This document shows positions 25,302 to 34,358 of a DNA stretch of 37,719 bases, piece by piece. The stretch's first letter is position 1. Each line of letters starts with the position of its first letter. The stretch spans positions 1 to 37,719 of the forward strand of contig VFKT01000205.1 of assembly GCA_009885395.1 (NCBI GenBank), in the 5' to 3' direction. The notes under the pieces are model-generated. The model ran no database searches. It saw only the letters and a program-made list of their open reading frames with translations, and was not told the origin of the DNA. The position numbers were made by a program, and so were the translations under genes. Origin of the DNA: Deltaproteobacteria bacterium (lineage in GTDB: Bacteria > Desulfobacterota > Binatia > UBA12015).

Positions 25302-25674
25302 CTGCGTTCGACACGGCCCACTCGGCAGGCTGGCTCGAAACGCGCACCGGAATCACCCCGCGACGAGACGATCACCGCCACCGTCGGGGCGCCGTTTCTG
25401 ATCGACCACAAAACCCCGAAATCTGGCGCGGTCGCTCATGGAGGAGAGCGCACGGCCTCCGTCATTGGGCGGCTCGATAAGCCTCGGCTCGACGCTTCGC
25501 GTTATTCCTGTGCCCTGCGGGTGGGCCCGCCGTGAGCACCAGTGCAGCCTGCCCCGTGTAGCGCCGGATCGCCGCGGCAACCCCGAGACCGATCATCACG
25601 GGGCCAAAGATTAGGGCTTCCCTCCGGACCTCGACTGCTTTAACTATAGAGCTTCACTTCAAGGGGGCCTCATC

Positions 25675-26622
25675 ATGTTTTTTTCACGTTTTGCCGTCAC
25701 TCTCATCCTGACCCAGGTTCTTCTCGGGTCCGGCGCACCGCCGGTCGACGCCGTGACCTCAGGGGAGGCATTCCCGGTGGTCAAGTTCTATGGCCAGGCA
25801 GGGCGGGTGGGCGCGGCCTTGCCCGCCAGCGACTTTCGCTATCAAGCCGCCTACGAAGCGAGCGATCTGCCCACCCTGGCTCTCGACAGCCCCGCCGCGA
25901 GGGTCACGATCGAAGCCCTGCTGAGAGATGAGGTAGGGACCGAGCTGGTGCGATTGGGCGGCTCAAATCCAGCTCTTGTGGCCTTGCTGCCGCGATCAGG
26001 CGGCAAATCCTGGCGTCAGACGTTTCAGCGCAACAGTCAGGATCCCAACAGCCTGCGCGTCGATGTCGAGCAGCGCGCCGGTCAACTGCGGATCAGCATG
26101 CGTCTGGCACGTGCTGGTATCGGCGTACCGCCGGGTTGCCTTTTGGGTGGCGAGCGTGTCTTCCTGACCACCGCCTTGACTGTGGACGACGGCAGCCCGG
26201 GCGGCCATGTCGAGGTGACGGCGACCCAGCCCTGGGTCTGCAAGGCCCTCAATGACGGCACCTGGGAGCTGCGCGGCCAGAACGCCCAGGACCACGCCGG
26301 CCATCACGGACACGAGAACGGCGACGAGAACAAGCGACCGCAGGTCAAGTTTGCACTAGAGAACCGCACCCGGGAAAACGGCGTCCCGAACCTGATCGAG
26401 ATCGACGCCAGCCGCTGCGAGGATCGCGACGGCACCATCGTCAGCTATGCCTTCCGTGTACTCGAATTCGAAACCGAACGGCTGGTCTTCGAGGCCGGAC
26501 CGCAGGCGTCCTCCGCCACAGAGGTTTGGCTTGCTCCGGGCGAGTACCTGGTCTGGGTCACGGCGGTCGATAACGATGGCTCGTCCCACTCCGAAAACCG
26601 GCGCGCCTCGGTCCGCGACTGA
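25675..26622 (+). CDS. secreted hypothetical protein with His-rich linker and C-terminal PKD-like domain
   Basis: AAGGGGG lies before ATG 25675. Signal peptide MFFSRFAVTLILTQVLLGSGA. His-rich DHAGHHGHENGDEN. The C-terminal IDASRCEDRDGTIVSYAFRV...GEYLVWVTAVDNDGSS resembles PKD-domain consensus. Confidence 0.7.
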   Translation: MFFSRFAVTLILTQVLLGSGAPPVDAVTSGEAFPVVKFYGQAGRVGAALPASDFRYQAAYEASDLPTLALDSPAARVTIEALLRDEVGTELVRLGGSNPALVALLPRSGGKSWRQTFQRNSQDPNSLRVDVEQRAGQLRISMRLARAGIGVPPGCLLGGERVFLTTALTVDDGSPGGHVEVTATQPWVCKALNDGTWELRGQNAQDHAGHHGHENGDENKRPQVKFALENRTRENGVPNLIEIDASRCEDRDGTIVSYAFRVLEFETERLVFEAGPQASSATEVWLAPGEYLVWVTAVDNDGSSHSENRRASVRD

Positions 26623-26724
26623 GGCGAGCCGCAGGGGAAAGGAGCCCCGATGCCGATTTCGCGGGTGGGAAGACTTGTGTTTCTTGTTATTGTCTTCAGG
26701 AAACCATCGCGATAGGATCTGGCT

Positions 26725-27132
26725 GTGCCGAATCGGTCTCTTCTTCTGGGTCTCGCAGCCTTAGGATTCGAGCTGGCGCTGCCCATGCCGGACACCGCCT
26801 TGGCTCGAGCCTCAGAGCGCAGTCCCACGGCGATCTCTGCCCCTGGTGCCATCGGACTTGAGGCGAAAATCGATGCCTCCGAGGCGGCGCCACGAGTCGA
26901 GATTCAGCGTCAGGTATATGAAACACGCAACGCCCTGCACACAGCGATCGAGGGTACCTGCCACGAAATCAAGCTTTTCCGCCAGGAAATGGACGCGCAA
27001 TTCGATCGGATCGACGGCCAGTTCAACCGGATCGAAAACCAGTTCGATCGTCAGTCCAACCTGATCGTCGGCGTCATCGCCTCCTTCTCGGCGATGTTCC
27101 TCGGTACGATCGGCTTTGCGACCTGGGACTAG
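26725..27132 (+). CDS. small coiled-coil protein with C-terminal TM anchor (hypothetical)
   Basis: GTG 26725. Hydrophobic N-terminus LLLGLAALGFELAL. Three tandem 21-bp/heptad units QFDRIDG-QFNRIEN-QFDRQSN at 26998-27060. C-terminal TM LIVGVIASFSAMFLGTIGFATW. Confidence 0.55.
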   Translation: MPNRSLLLGLAALGFELALPMPDTALARASERSPTAISAPGAIGLEAKIDASEAAPRVEIQRQVYETRNALHTAIEGTCHEIKLFRQEMDAQFDRIDGQFNRIENQFDRQSNLIVGVIASFSAMFLGTIGFATWD

Positions 27133-28655
27133 GGCACGCCCGCGATCGGCTGAAAGCGGATATCGCAAACGCCGCCGACTCGTGCTCTCTCAGGATGCGG
27201 CACATCAAGGCACGACTCTCCGCTTGACTGCACTTTACAGATCAGTTCAATTGGCTGTCCCGAACCAAGCCAACTCGGCACGCGGCGATGGCGGCCTATG
27301 GCTTCAAAACGACAACCCGCTGGAGTGCCGTAGGGTCGACAGCCCCGGCTTGGCCGTAGCGTGATCTTCCGTGCGTCCAGCAGAAACCCCGGGTAGTCGT
27401 CCACCGACCGAAGCAAATCACGCTCGGGCATCTCTTTGATCTGGGCCGATCGGAATTCGTAGCCGCCTTGTTTTTTGGTGCCGACCTCGACCCTGGAATT
27501 GGCAATCAACGCAAAATCCTGGCCGCGACGGGCCACCGCACCCGTCACGTACTCAAGGCGTGGATGCCCCGGAAAACACTTCCCCATGGCGGGCGGATGG
27601 TAGTAGTGCCGCAGGGTTTTGATCCGTCCCGCCGCAGCGTCCGGGAATACAGCGCCCAACGCGGCGTCGCTGCCGAAGAGGATCGTCTCGACATCGGGTC
27701 GGCTTTGTTCGTACATCGCCTGGAGGCGCCCATACCCGGGATCACTGGCGAGATCTGCACGCAGGAAACATGACGTCAGCCCCGAAATCTGGGTCAGCAC
27801 CTCATCCCATATATTGTATTGTGACACCTCAGAAGAGACGCCCATGATGTCGCCCTCATGGCGGCAGCCTTGTCTCCGGGAACAGGCTTCGCGGGCGCGG
27901 TTGCGCAGCGAAAGGACAATCGCATTGCGCTCGCAGGCGCCGTACGCACTGCAACCGCGGTCGAGATGCGCCTCGTACAACGCCGTGCGCATCGCGTAGT
28001 CGAGGTGGCGGGCTCGCGCGATGGCGGCGCCTGACCAGCGCTTTTGGCCCGCCTTCGCAAAGCTGGTCCAGGCCCGGTCGAGGGCCGCACGCCGTCCAAT
28101 GAGCTTGGTTTGCACCGAACGACATTGTGGCGATTCGTGGAAGGCGCGCACGATTGCGTCCAGTCCGCTCGTCGAAGGGGCCGGGCCTACCGAATCTGCG
28201 CTCACGGGCGGATCGAAGAAGGGCGCCTTGTTCATCGCGTAGAGATCGCGGACGCCGATGACGTAGCGCAGGTCGCTGGCGCAATGATGGTTCGGCACAT
28301 CGAGGTGCTTGCGCGCTGCGACCGCATTCTTGAATTTCTTGATCGACGCGTGGTTTGCGATGCGCGGGTCCAAAACCACCTGAAAGCCCACCCAGGGCGT
28401 GCCCTCTGCGTCCGTAAGAGGCTTCCCCCCCCGCACGACGAGGCACGGCACCAGCGAAGTCCCCTGCACCAGCACTCCAGCTTTCCCGGCGGCAGCACCA
28501 CGCCGCGCCACGTCGGCCCATTCGTAATAGGGAACTTCGAGCGGACCACCAAAGCGATACACCGTCAGTACATGTGTTGCTGGGATGGCCCCTGCCTCTG
28601 CGGCGAAGCCGAGTACCAACAGAGTCGCAAGTTGCCAAGAGTATGAACGGATCAA
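27129..28655 (-). CDS. secreted hypothetical protein (508 aa) with a possible SleB-type cell-wall-hydrolase-like segment
   Basis: TTG 28655 lies 7 nt after GAGGG and 10 nt after the menE stop. An alternative start, ATG 28724, overlaps menE. Signal peptide IRSYSWQLATLLVLGFAAEAGA. The segment LDYAMRTALYEAHLDRG...NAIVLSLRNRAREAC...SQYNIWDE loosely resembles the SleB/Hydrolase_2 pattern (weak, from memory). Confidence 0.65.
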   Translation of the reverse strand: MIRSYSWQLATLLVLGFAAEAGAIPATHVLTVYRFGGPLEVPYYEWADVARRGAAAGKAGVLVQGTSLVPCLVVRGGKPLTDAEGTPWVGFQVVLDPRIANHASIKKFKNAVAARKHLDVPNHHCASDLRYVIGVRDLYAMNKAPFFDPPVSADSVGPAPSTSGLDAIVRAFHESPQCRSVQTKLIGRRAALDRAWTSFAKAGQKRWSGAAIARARHLDYAMRTALYEAHLDRGCSAYGACERNAIVLSLRNRAREACSRRQGCRHEGDIMGVSSEVSQYNIWDEVLTQISGLTSCFLRADLASDPGYGRLQAMYEQSRPDVETILFGSDAALGAVFPDAAAGRIKTLRHYYHPPAMGKCFPGHPRLEYVTGAVARRGQDFALIANSRVEVGTKKQGGYEFRSAQIKEMPERDLLRSVDDYPGFLLDARKITLRPSRGCRPYGTPAGCRFEAIGRHRRVPSWLGSGQPIELICKVQSSGESCLDVPHPERARVGGVCDIRFQPIAGVP

Positions 28656-28665
28656 AGCAGCACCC

Positions 28666-30354
28666 TCAGCGCACGCGAAGTTGCGCGCGGACAATTTTTC
28701 CCGACGACGTTCTCGGTAGCGCATCGACCAGTGTGATGCGCCGTGGGCGCCGCGCAGAGGATAAATGTTCGCGCGCAAAAGCCGAGAATCCCGCCACATC
28801 CACTTGCTCTCCCATGCGCGGTACGATCCAGACACCGATCACCTCGCCCCATTCTGGATCGGCCACCGACGCCGCAGCCACTTCGGCAACACCGGGGAAC
28901 GCCGCCAGAACCTCCTCGATTTCCTCGGGGGCCACGTTCTCGCCACCCGTGACGATCACTTCATCGAGGCGACCAAGCACCTGCAGCGAGCCGTCGACCG
29001 AAAGCACGCCAAGGTCGCCGGTCCGAAGCCAGCCGGCAGCATCACAAAGTGGCTCCAGCGATCCGCTGCCCACGAAGCGCCACCGCGCCACGCTCGGCCC
29101 ACGCACGAGAATCCGGCCTCGCCCTGCAGCACGCACCTCGCCGGATTCTGTGGCAACAGCGAGTTCGGTTCCCGCCAACGGCCTCCCGACCCCACCCGCA
29201 AGACCTGACGCCTCGTCGGGCGTGGAAGTTGCGACCTGAGATGCCGTTTCAGTCAATCCATATGTTGTAAAAACCGGCAACCCCACGGCACTGGCACGCG
29301 CGAGAAGGCCACGCCCCGCGCGGGCCCCGCCGAGCAGGACGCAGCGGAGTTTTGGCGCGGACTCGCGAGTGAAACCGGCCTCGAGGAGTCGATGAAGCAT
29401 CGTTGGAACCACCGAGATCAATGAAATGTCTTGCGTCGCGCACCACACAAGCACAGTGTCTACCTCAAAGCGCGGCTCAAGAACCACCGTCGTCCCGGTG
29501 ATCAACGAGCGCAACACGGCCATGGTGCCTCCCGCATGGTTCAGCGGCATGGCGACGAGCCAGCGATCGGAATCCGACACGCCGAGCCGCAGCCCGCTGG
29601 CATCGACACTGGCGACCAGATTGGCTCGGCTGAGCAGCACGCCACTCGGCTGACCACTTGTCCCCGACGTGAAGAGGACCAGTGCGGGAGCCTCCGCGGC
29701 GTCCCTGCTGCAAACGGATCGCGCCTCGACGGGATCGTCTCCGCTGCCAAGGCGTGACGTGCGAACTGAACCGCCGTCGCTGCCGGCGGCCAACGCGCCA
29801 CGCGAACCGCCGTCACCATGATCGGCTGGTCCGTCACCAGCGGAGTTGATCCCGGCCCCGGCGGTTGCTGGCCGAACCACGTGCAAGCGGGCCTCTTCAA
29901 GAGTCAGCACCGTAATTTCGGGCGGCATGCGTGCCAGCAATTCCTTGCTCTGCGCCCCGGGTTCAACCAGCAGGCAACGCACGCCCGCCAGCCCGAGCCG
30001 ATGGGCGATCTCTTGCGGCGTCCCGCGTGGGTCAAGCGGCGCCGGAATACCCCCACAGGATTCGAGGGCCAAGCGGACCTCGATGGCCGCAATGCCCGTC
30101 GAAAACAGGAGACCGATGGGCCGCGCAAAAGAACTCCGCCAGCCTTCATCGGGCCCCGGGAGAGCACAGGCTCTCTGATCAAGTTCCTGAGCAGGCAGTT
30201 GCTCAGCAAGAGTGCGAGCCAGGATCTCCACCCGTGCCCGCAACTCTGCATAGGAAAGAATTCTGTCGCGAGTCTCAAGCGCCGGATGCCTGGGACGAGC
30301 GACGGCATGTTCGACCAACCAGCGCGGCAAGGCGATCGGCAGGCGTTCAGCCAC
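28666..30354 (-). CDS. menE: o-succinylbenzoate-CoA ligase
   Basis: LFTSGTSGQPSGV, TTYGLTET, WLRTGDLG, GRLDEVIVTGGENV and SSGKIVR are adenylate-forming motifs. The position in the men operon supports the call. GTG 30354 overlaps the menC stop (GTGGCTGA). A Gly/Asp/Ser-rich insertion of about 60 aa lies before the P-loop. Confidence 0.8.
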   Translation of the reverse strand: MAERLPIALPRWLVEHAVARPRHPALETRDRILSYAELRARVEILARTLAEQLPAQELDQRACALPGPDEGWRSSFARPIGLLFSTGIAAIEVRLALESCGGIPAPLDPRGTPQEIAHRLGLAGVRCLLVEPGAQSKELLARMPPEITVLTLEEARLHVVRPATAGAGINSAGDGPADHGDGGSRGALAAGSDGGSVRTSRLGSGDDPVEARSVCSRDAAEAPALVLFTSGTSGQPSGVLLSRANLVASVDASGLRLGVSDSDRWLVAMPLNHAGGTMAVLRSLITGTTVVLEPRFEVDTVLVWCATQDISLISVVPTMLHRLLEAGFTRESAPKLRCVLLGGARAGRGLLARASAVGLPVFTTYGLTETASQVATSTPDEASGLAGGVGRPLAGTELAVATESGEVRAAGRGRILVRGPSVARWRFVGSGSLEPLCDAAGWLRTGDLGVLSVDGSLQVLGRLDEVIVTGGENVAPEEIEEVLAAFPGVAEVAAASVADPEWGEVIGVWIVPRMGEQVDVAGFSAFAREHLSSARRPRRITLVDALPRTSSGKIVRAQLRVR

Positions 30355-31564
30355 GGACTTGCACCCGTCGAAGCACTGCCTCGTCAAGTTCGACCCCGAG
30401 ACCGACCCCGGGTGGCGGCGCCATCCACGCCCGTGGCGGCAACGCGGGCTGCACCGGATCGAGCTCAAGCCAATCCGCCATCGATAAACCCGACGGCGCG
30501 GGCTCGGAAATCATGGCGACGCCGGCGTGCAACAATGCCGCGACACCGAGCGACGACTCAAAACCGGTCGAGAGCGCAAACCGGAGGCCATGCGCTGCCG
30601 ACATCTCGCCGCACATCAGAAGAGAGCGCAAACCACCCACCTGGACGGCCTTCAAGACCAGAGCGCTCGGAGAGCCGCTCATTTTGGCGAGCCGACCCAG
30701 ACGATCGACATCGGCCACGCCTTGCACGCTTTCGTCCAGAGCAATTTTCAAACCATTGGCGAGGCGCGGCGGTAGCTCTTCTTTAGAATCTGGCGCGAGG
30801 GGTTGTTCAAGCCAGTCGACCGCACCCGGTTCAACCTCCTCGGCGAACCAGCGAACATCATTGGCCGACCACGTCCCGTTGGGATCGATCCTTAGGCACA
30901 AGCCGGGTGCTGCCCGGCGTACGACGCGAATCGCCAGAAGAGCGTCGAGTGGAGTAAATACCTTAATCTTGACGATCGAGAACCCCTCGCCCGCGGCCTG
31001 CACGGCCGCGACCGCCAGCGAACTCTCAGCGCCGCGTGCTCGCGCGTCGGGCCGACCTACTGCCACCACCCTCCCGGCATGAAGCGCGGCAGCGCCGCGT
31101 TGCGTGTTCACCGTCGACACCATAGCCGCCTCGATCGCCAGCAGCCGAGTCGCCGCCAATCCCGACCGCCCTCCTTTGCCCAGCACAGAAAATGCCGGCA
31201 CACCCTGCTCTCGCGCGAGCAGATCGATCAGGGCACTCTCAAGCGCAAGAGTCGCAGCTGAAGATCCCGGCGCGCTCTCAAGCGCCGTACCCGCTGCCGG
31301 CCACCGCGGCATCTCTGCCAGCAAGCGCCCAGCATCGCCTCCGATCAGCGTGCTACTCGCGCCGCTGAGAAGGTCGATCGCCTGCCCGACCGCCGATTCG
31401 CCTGCGTGCGGGTGCGGTGCGATCTCCCCCAAACCACGGACCCCCGACCCGGTCTCCAACACCAATACGCCCCCAGAGCGCCCCACGTTCTGAACACGGC
31501 TGGTGACGAAAGCCTGCCGCAGCGGGAGACGCCAACGAACGATGCGAACGCGACGGATCGTCAT
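30347..31564 (-). CDS. menC: o-succinylbenzoate synthase (enolase superfamily)
   Basis: Enolase-superfamily layout: IVKIKV, LRIDPNG, WLEQP, IALDES and a C-terminal barrel. The gene sits between menA and menE. ATG 31564. Confidence 0.8.
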   Translation of the reverse strand: MTIRRVRIVRWRLPLRQAFVTSRVQNVGRSGGVLVLETGSGVRGLGEIAPHPHAGESAVGQAIDLLSGASSTLIGGDAGRLLAEMPRWPAAGTALESAPGSSAATLALESALIDLLAREQGVPAFSVLGKGGRSGLAATRLLAIEAAMVSTVNTQRGAAALHAGRVVAVGRPDARARGAESSLAVAAVQAAGEGFSIVKIKVFTPLDALLAIRVVRRAAPGLCLRIDPNGTWSANDVRWFAEEVEPGAVDWLEQPLAPDSKEELPPRLANGLKIALDESVQGVADVDRLGRLAKMSGSPSALVLKAVQVGGLRSLLMCGEMSAAHGLRFALSTGFESSLGVAALLHAGVAMISEPAPSGLSMADWLELDPVQPALPPRAWMAPPPGVGLGVELDEAVLRRVQVRG

Positions 31565-31571
31565 GGCCTGA

Positions 31572-32480
31572 TCACCACAAAATGTTTATGACGAGACCGA
31601 GCGCGAAGATCAGTCCATAGATCAACTGAAGACGTGCCGTCTCCCCAAGTGCTGGCGCAAGCGCCGCACCCGAGCCCCGGCGCACACGTTGCGCGGGGCT
31701 CCACGCAAGCGGCACCGCACACAAGCTGAGCAATGTCGCCGGCGGCAGCAAACCAAACCCGACCCCAAACAGCGGCACTGCGAACGCCAAAACGACCAGC
31801 GCGAACCAGAGCCTACGCCCGGCGCCTTTGCCCAATCGAACCACCAGCGTCCGCTTACCCACCAGGGCATCACCTTCTACGTCACGCAGATTGTTCACGA
31901 CGAGGATGGCGGTAGCGAGCGCGCCGGCCCCAATGCCACCCAATACCCCGGCGGCATCCAGGCGCCCGACCTGAACCCACTCGGCGCCGAGTGTGGCCAC
32001 CAGCCCAAAGAAGACAAAAACAAAACAATCACCAAGCCCGACCCAGGCAAGGGGCTTCGGTCCCGCCGTGTAGGCAATGCCGGCAAGAATCGAGGCGACA
32101 CCAACCAGCAGGATCGGCCAACCCCCGGCATAGACCAGCGGCAGGCCAGCCAGGGTGGCAGCGCTGAAGGCCAGGACAGCCGCATTTCGCATCGTTCCTG
32201 GCAGGACCGCACCGCTACCGACGGCCCGGGGTGGCCCCAGCCGCGATGCTTCATCGGCCCCGCGCAAACCATCGCCGAGATCATTGACAAAATTCGTACC
32301 GACCTGGATCAGGATCGCCGAGAGCAGGGCAAACCCGGCGAGGCCGGGCCTTACCGCACCGATCCCGCTAGCCGCTGCAGTCCCGATTACGACGGGCGTC
32401 ACGGCGGCGCTCAAGGTGCGCGGCCGTGACGCCTCGACCCAGATCGAGATCTGATTTTTCACGCCCACCTCCGGCTTCAT
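31572..32480 (-). CDS. menA: 1,4-dihydroxy-2-naphthoate polyprenyltransferase (UbiA family)
   Basis: ATG 32480 (MKPEVGVKNQISIWVEASRPRTL). UbiA motif NFVNDLGDGLRGAD and a second motif NNLRDVEGD. About 8 TM segments. The stop lies 7 nt before the menC start. Confidence 0.85.
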   Translation of the reverse strand: MKPEVGVKNQISIWVEASRPRTLSAAVTPVVIGTAAASGIGAVRPGLAGFALLSAILIQVGTNFVNDLGDGLRGADEASRLGPPRAVGSGAVLPGTMRNAAVLAFSAATLAGLPLVYAGGWPILLVGVASILAGIAYTAGPKPLAWVGLGDCFVFVFFGLVATLGAEWVQVGRLDAAGVLGGIGAGALATAILVVNNLRDVEGDALVGKRTLVVRLGKGAGRRLWFALVVLAFAVPLFGVGFGLLPPATLLSLCAVPLAWSPAQRVRRGSGAALAPALGETARLQLIYGLIFALGLVINILW

Positions 32481-32556
32481 AGACGCGCCTGGTCCGGGCT
32501 GGATACACCCGCCTGCGGCAGCCGCCGACCCACCAGTGACTGCCGAAACAATGTTT

Positions 32557-33408
32557 TCACGGCAGGCGCGGGAAACGCCCAAAATCCGGCGCCCGTTTCT
32601 CGATGTAGGCGTTTCGTCCCTCCTGCCCTTCCTCGGTCATATAGAAAAGCAGCGTCGCGTTGCCCGCCATTTCCTGCAGACCCGCCAGCCCGTCTGTATC
32701 CGCATTGAAAGCTGATTTGAGACAACGCAAGGCGATCGGACTCAACTGCAACATCTCGCGAGACCACTGAACCGTCTCGGCCTCCAGCTCGGCCAGCGCC
32801 ACCACTTTGTTGATAAGACCCATGTCAAGGGCTTCTCCCGCGTCGTACTGCCGACACAGAAACCAGATCTCCCGGGCCTTCTTGTGGCCGATGATGCGCG
32901 CCAGATGGCTTGCGCCAAAGCCACCGTCGAAACTGCCGACCCGCGGGCCGGTCTGGCCGAAAATTGCATTGTCAGCGGCAATAGTCAGGTCACAAACCAC
33001 ATGCAGGACATGCCCACCGCCGATCGCGTAGCCCGCGACCATTGCAACTACTGGTTTTGGAAGGCTGCGGATCTGACGCTGCAGATCAAGGACATTCAAC
33101 CGCGCGACCCCACCCTCGTCGACATAACCAGCGTCGCCCCGCACGCGCTGATCGCCGCCGGAGCAAAAAGCCTTGTCGCCCGCACCTGTCAGAATCGCGA
33201 CGCCTATCTCGGAAGCCTCACGAACGATCGAGAAGGCGTCGGTCATCTCTTTCACAGTTTGCGGTCGAAAAGCGTTGCGGACCTCGGGTCGGTTGATCGT
33301 TATCTTGGCAATACCATCGCCGGTCTCGAAGAGAATATCTTCGTATTCCTTGCGTGTCTGCCACGCGACCGGACGCCGCAGTGCTTTAATTTCCGCTTGT
33401 GTCTTCAT
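32557..33408 (-). CDS. menB: 1,4-dihydroxy-2-naphthoyl-CoA synthase (crotonase fold)
   Basis: [74 protein letters not shown] and [13 protein letters not shown] are highly characteristic of MenB. Confidence 0.95.
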   Translation of the reverse strand: MKTQAEIKALRRPVAWQTRKEYEDILFETGDGIAKITINRPEVRNAFRPQTVKEMTDAFSIVREASEIGVAILTGAGDKAFCSGGDQRVRGDAGYVDEGGVARLNVLDLQRQIRSLPKPVVAMVAGYAIGGGHVLHVVCDLTIAADNAIFGQTGPRVGSFDGGFGASHLARIIGHKKAREIWFLCRQYDAGEALDMGLINKVVALAELEAETVQWSREMLQLSPIALRCLKSAFNADTDGLAGLQEMAGNATLLFYMTEEGQEGRNAYIEKRAPDFGRFPRLP

Positions 33409-34358
33409 GAAACCCTCTCCTGCGTGTGTGCAACGGCCGTGTCCATCTCTCTCCGCCGTACCTGACAGAGGAAGGCGGATAGCCGCTTAATAAATGCATC
33501 GGGATCTTCCAGGTGCATCGAGTGACCGATGCCAGCCACGGTCTGGTGGCTGGCATCGGGGAGCGTCATTGCGAGACGCTCGCCGAGGACGACATACTTC
33601 TGATCGAGCGCACCGCTGAGAACCAACGTGGGAACCCGTAGCCCATGCAATTTCCCCCAAAGTGCCGGCTCTCGGCCCACGCTGAAGCAGCGCAAGCTGG
33701 CGGCAAGCCCTGCGGCGCGGCCTATGCGACGCTGCGCGAGGTCTGCCATCCGGCGTTCCGGTTCGATCGCGGCAAGGGTTGAAAATAACGGCTGGGCCAA
33801 CCATTCCCCGAGAAAGGCATCGACTCCGATATTTTCGAGGCGTGCTGCCAGGGCATCGTCGGCACGCTGCCGAATGACCCGTTCGCCAGCATTCTCGAGC
33901 CCGGCCGTGGTACTCTCGAGCACCAGCGAGCGGACGCGCTGGGGATGGCGCAAGGCGAAGGCCAGCGCGAGGCGCCCGCCCATGGAATAGCCGAGCAGAT
34001 TCGGTCGCTGAACGCCCTCGCGATCGAGCAGTGTCGCCAAATCGTCAGCCATGCTTTCAAAGCTGCTTGAGGATGCGGGATCAGGCGAGCGGCCATGCCC
34101 CGGCAGATCTGGCGCAAGCACCCGCAGCCGCAGATCAGGCTCTACGGCTGCGCCCCCGAGGACGGTCGCTATTTCACTCCATGACTCGCCGCTACCGGTA
34201 AAGCCATGCAGCACAAGCAAAGTGCTGCGATCGTCGGCAGTCGTCGGCCCGAAGGCTCGGCAATGCATCGCCATTACGCGACGCGCCCTGCTCTCGACAG
34301 AAGCGGGCGACAACCCTTGCCGCGCCAGCCTGGGCGGGCGGACCTCATGCGCCACCAT
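33405..34358 (-). CDS. menH: 2-succinyl-6-hydroxy-2,4-cyclohexadiene-1-carboxylate synthase (alpha/beta hydrolase)
   Basis: [11 protein letters not shown], nucleophile elbow GYSMGGRLA, and a C-terminal GHSMHLEDP. The stop overlaps the menB start (ATGA at 33405-33408). Start is ATG 34358 (14-nt overlap with menD) or ATG 34274/34268. Confidence 0.8.
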   Translation of the reverse strand: MVAHEVRPPRLARQGLSPASVESRARRVMAMHCRAFGPTTADDRSTLLVLHGFTGSGESWSEIATVLGGAAVEPDLRLRVLAPDLPGHGRSPDPASSSSFESMADDLATLLDREGVQRPNLLGYSMGGRLALAFALRHPQRVRSLVLESTTAGLENAGERVIRQRADDALAARLENIGVDAFLGEWLAQPLFSTLAAIEPERRMADLAQRRIGRAAGLAASLRCFSVGREPALWGKLHGLRVPTLVLSGALDQKYVVLGERLAMTLPDASHQTVAGIGHSMHLEDPDAFIKRLSAFLCQVRRREMDTAVAHTQERVS

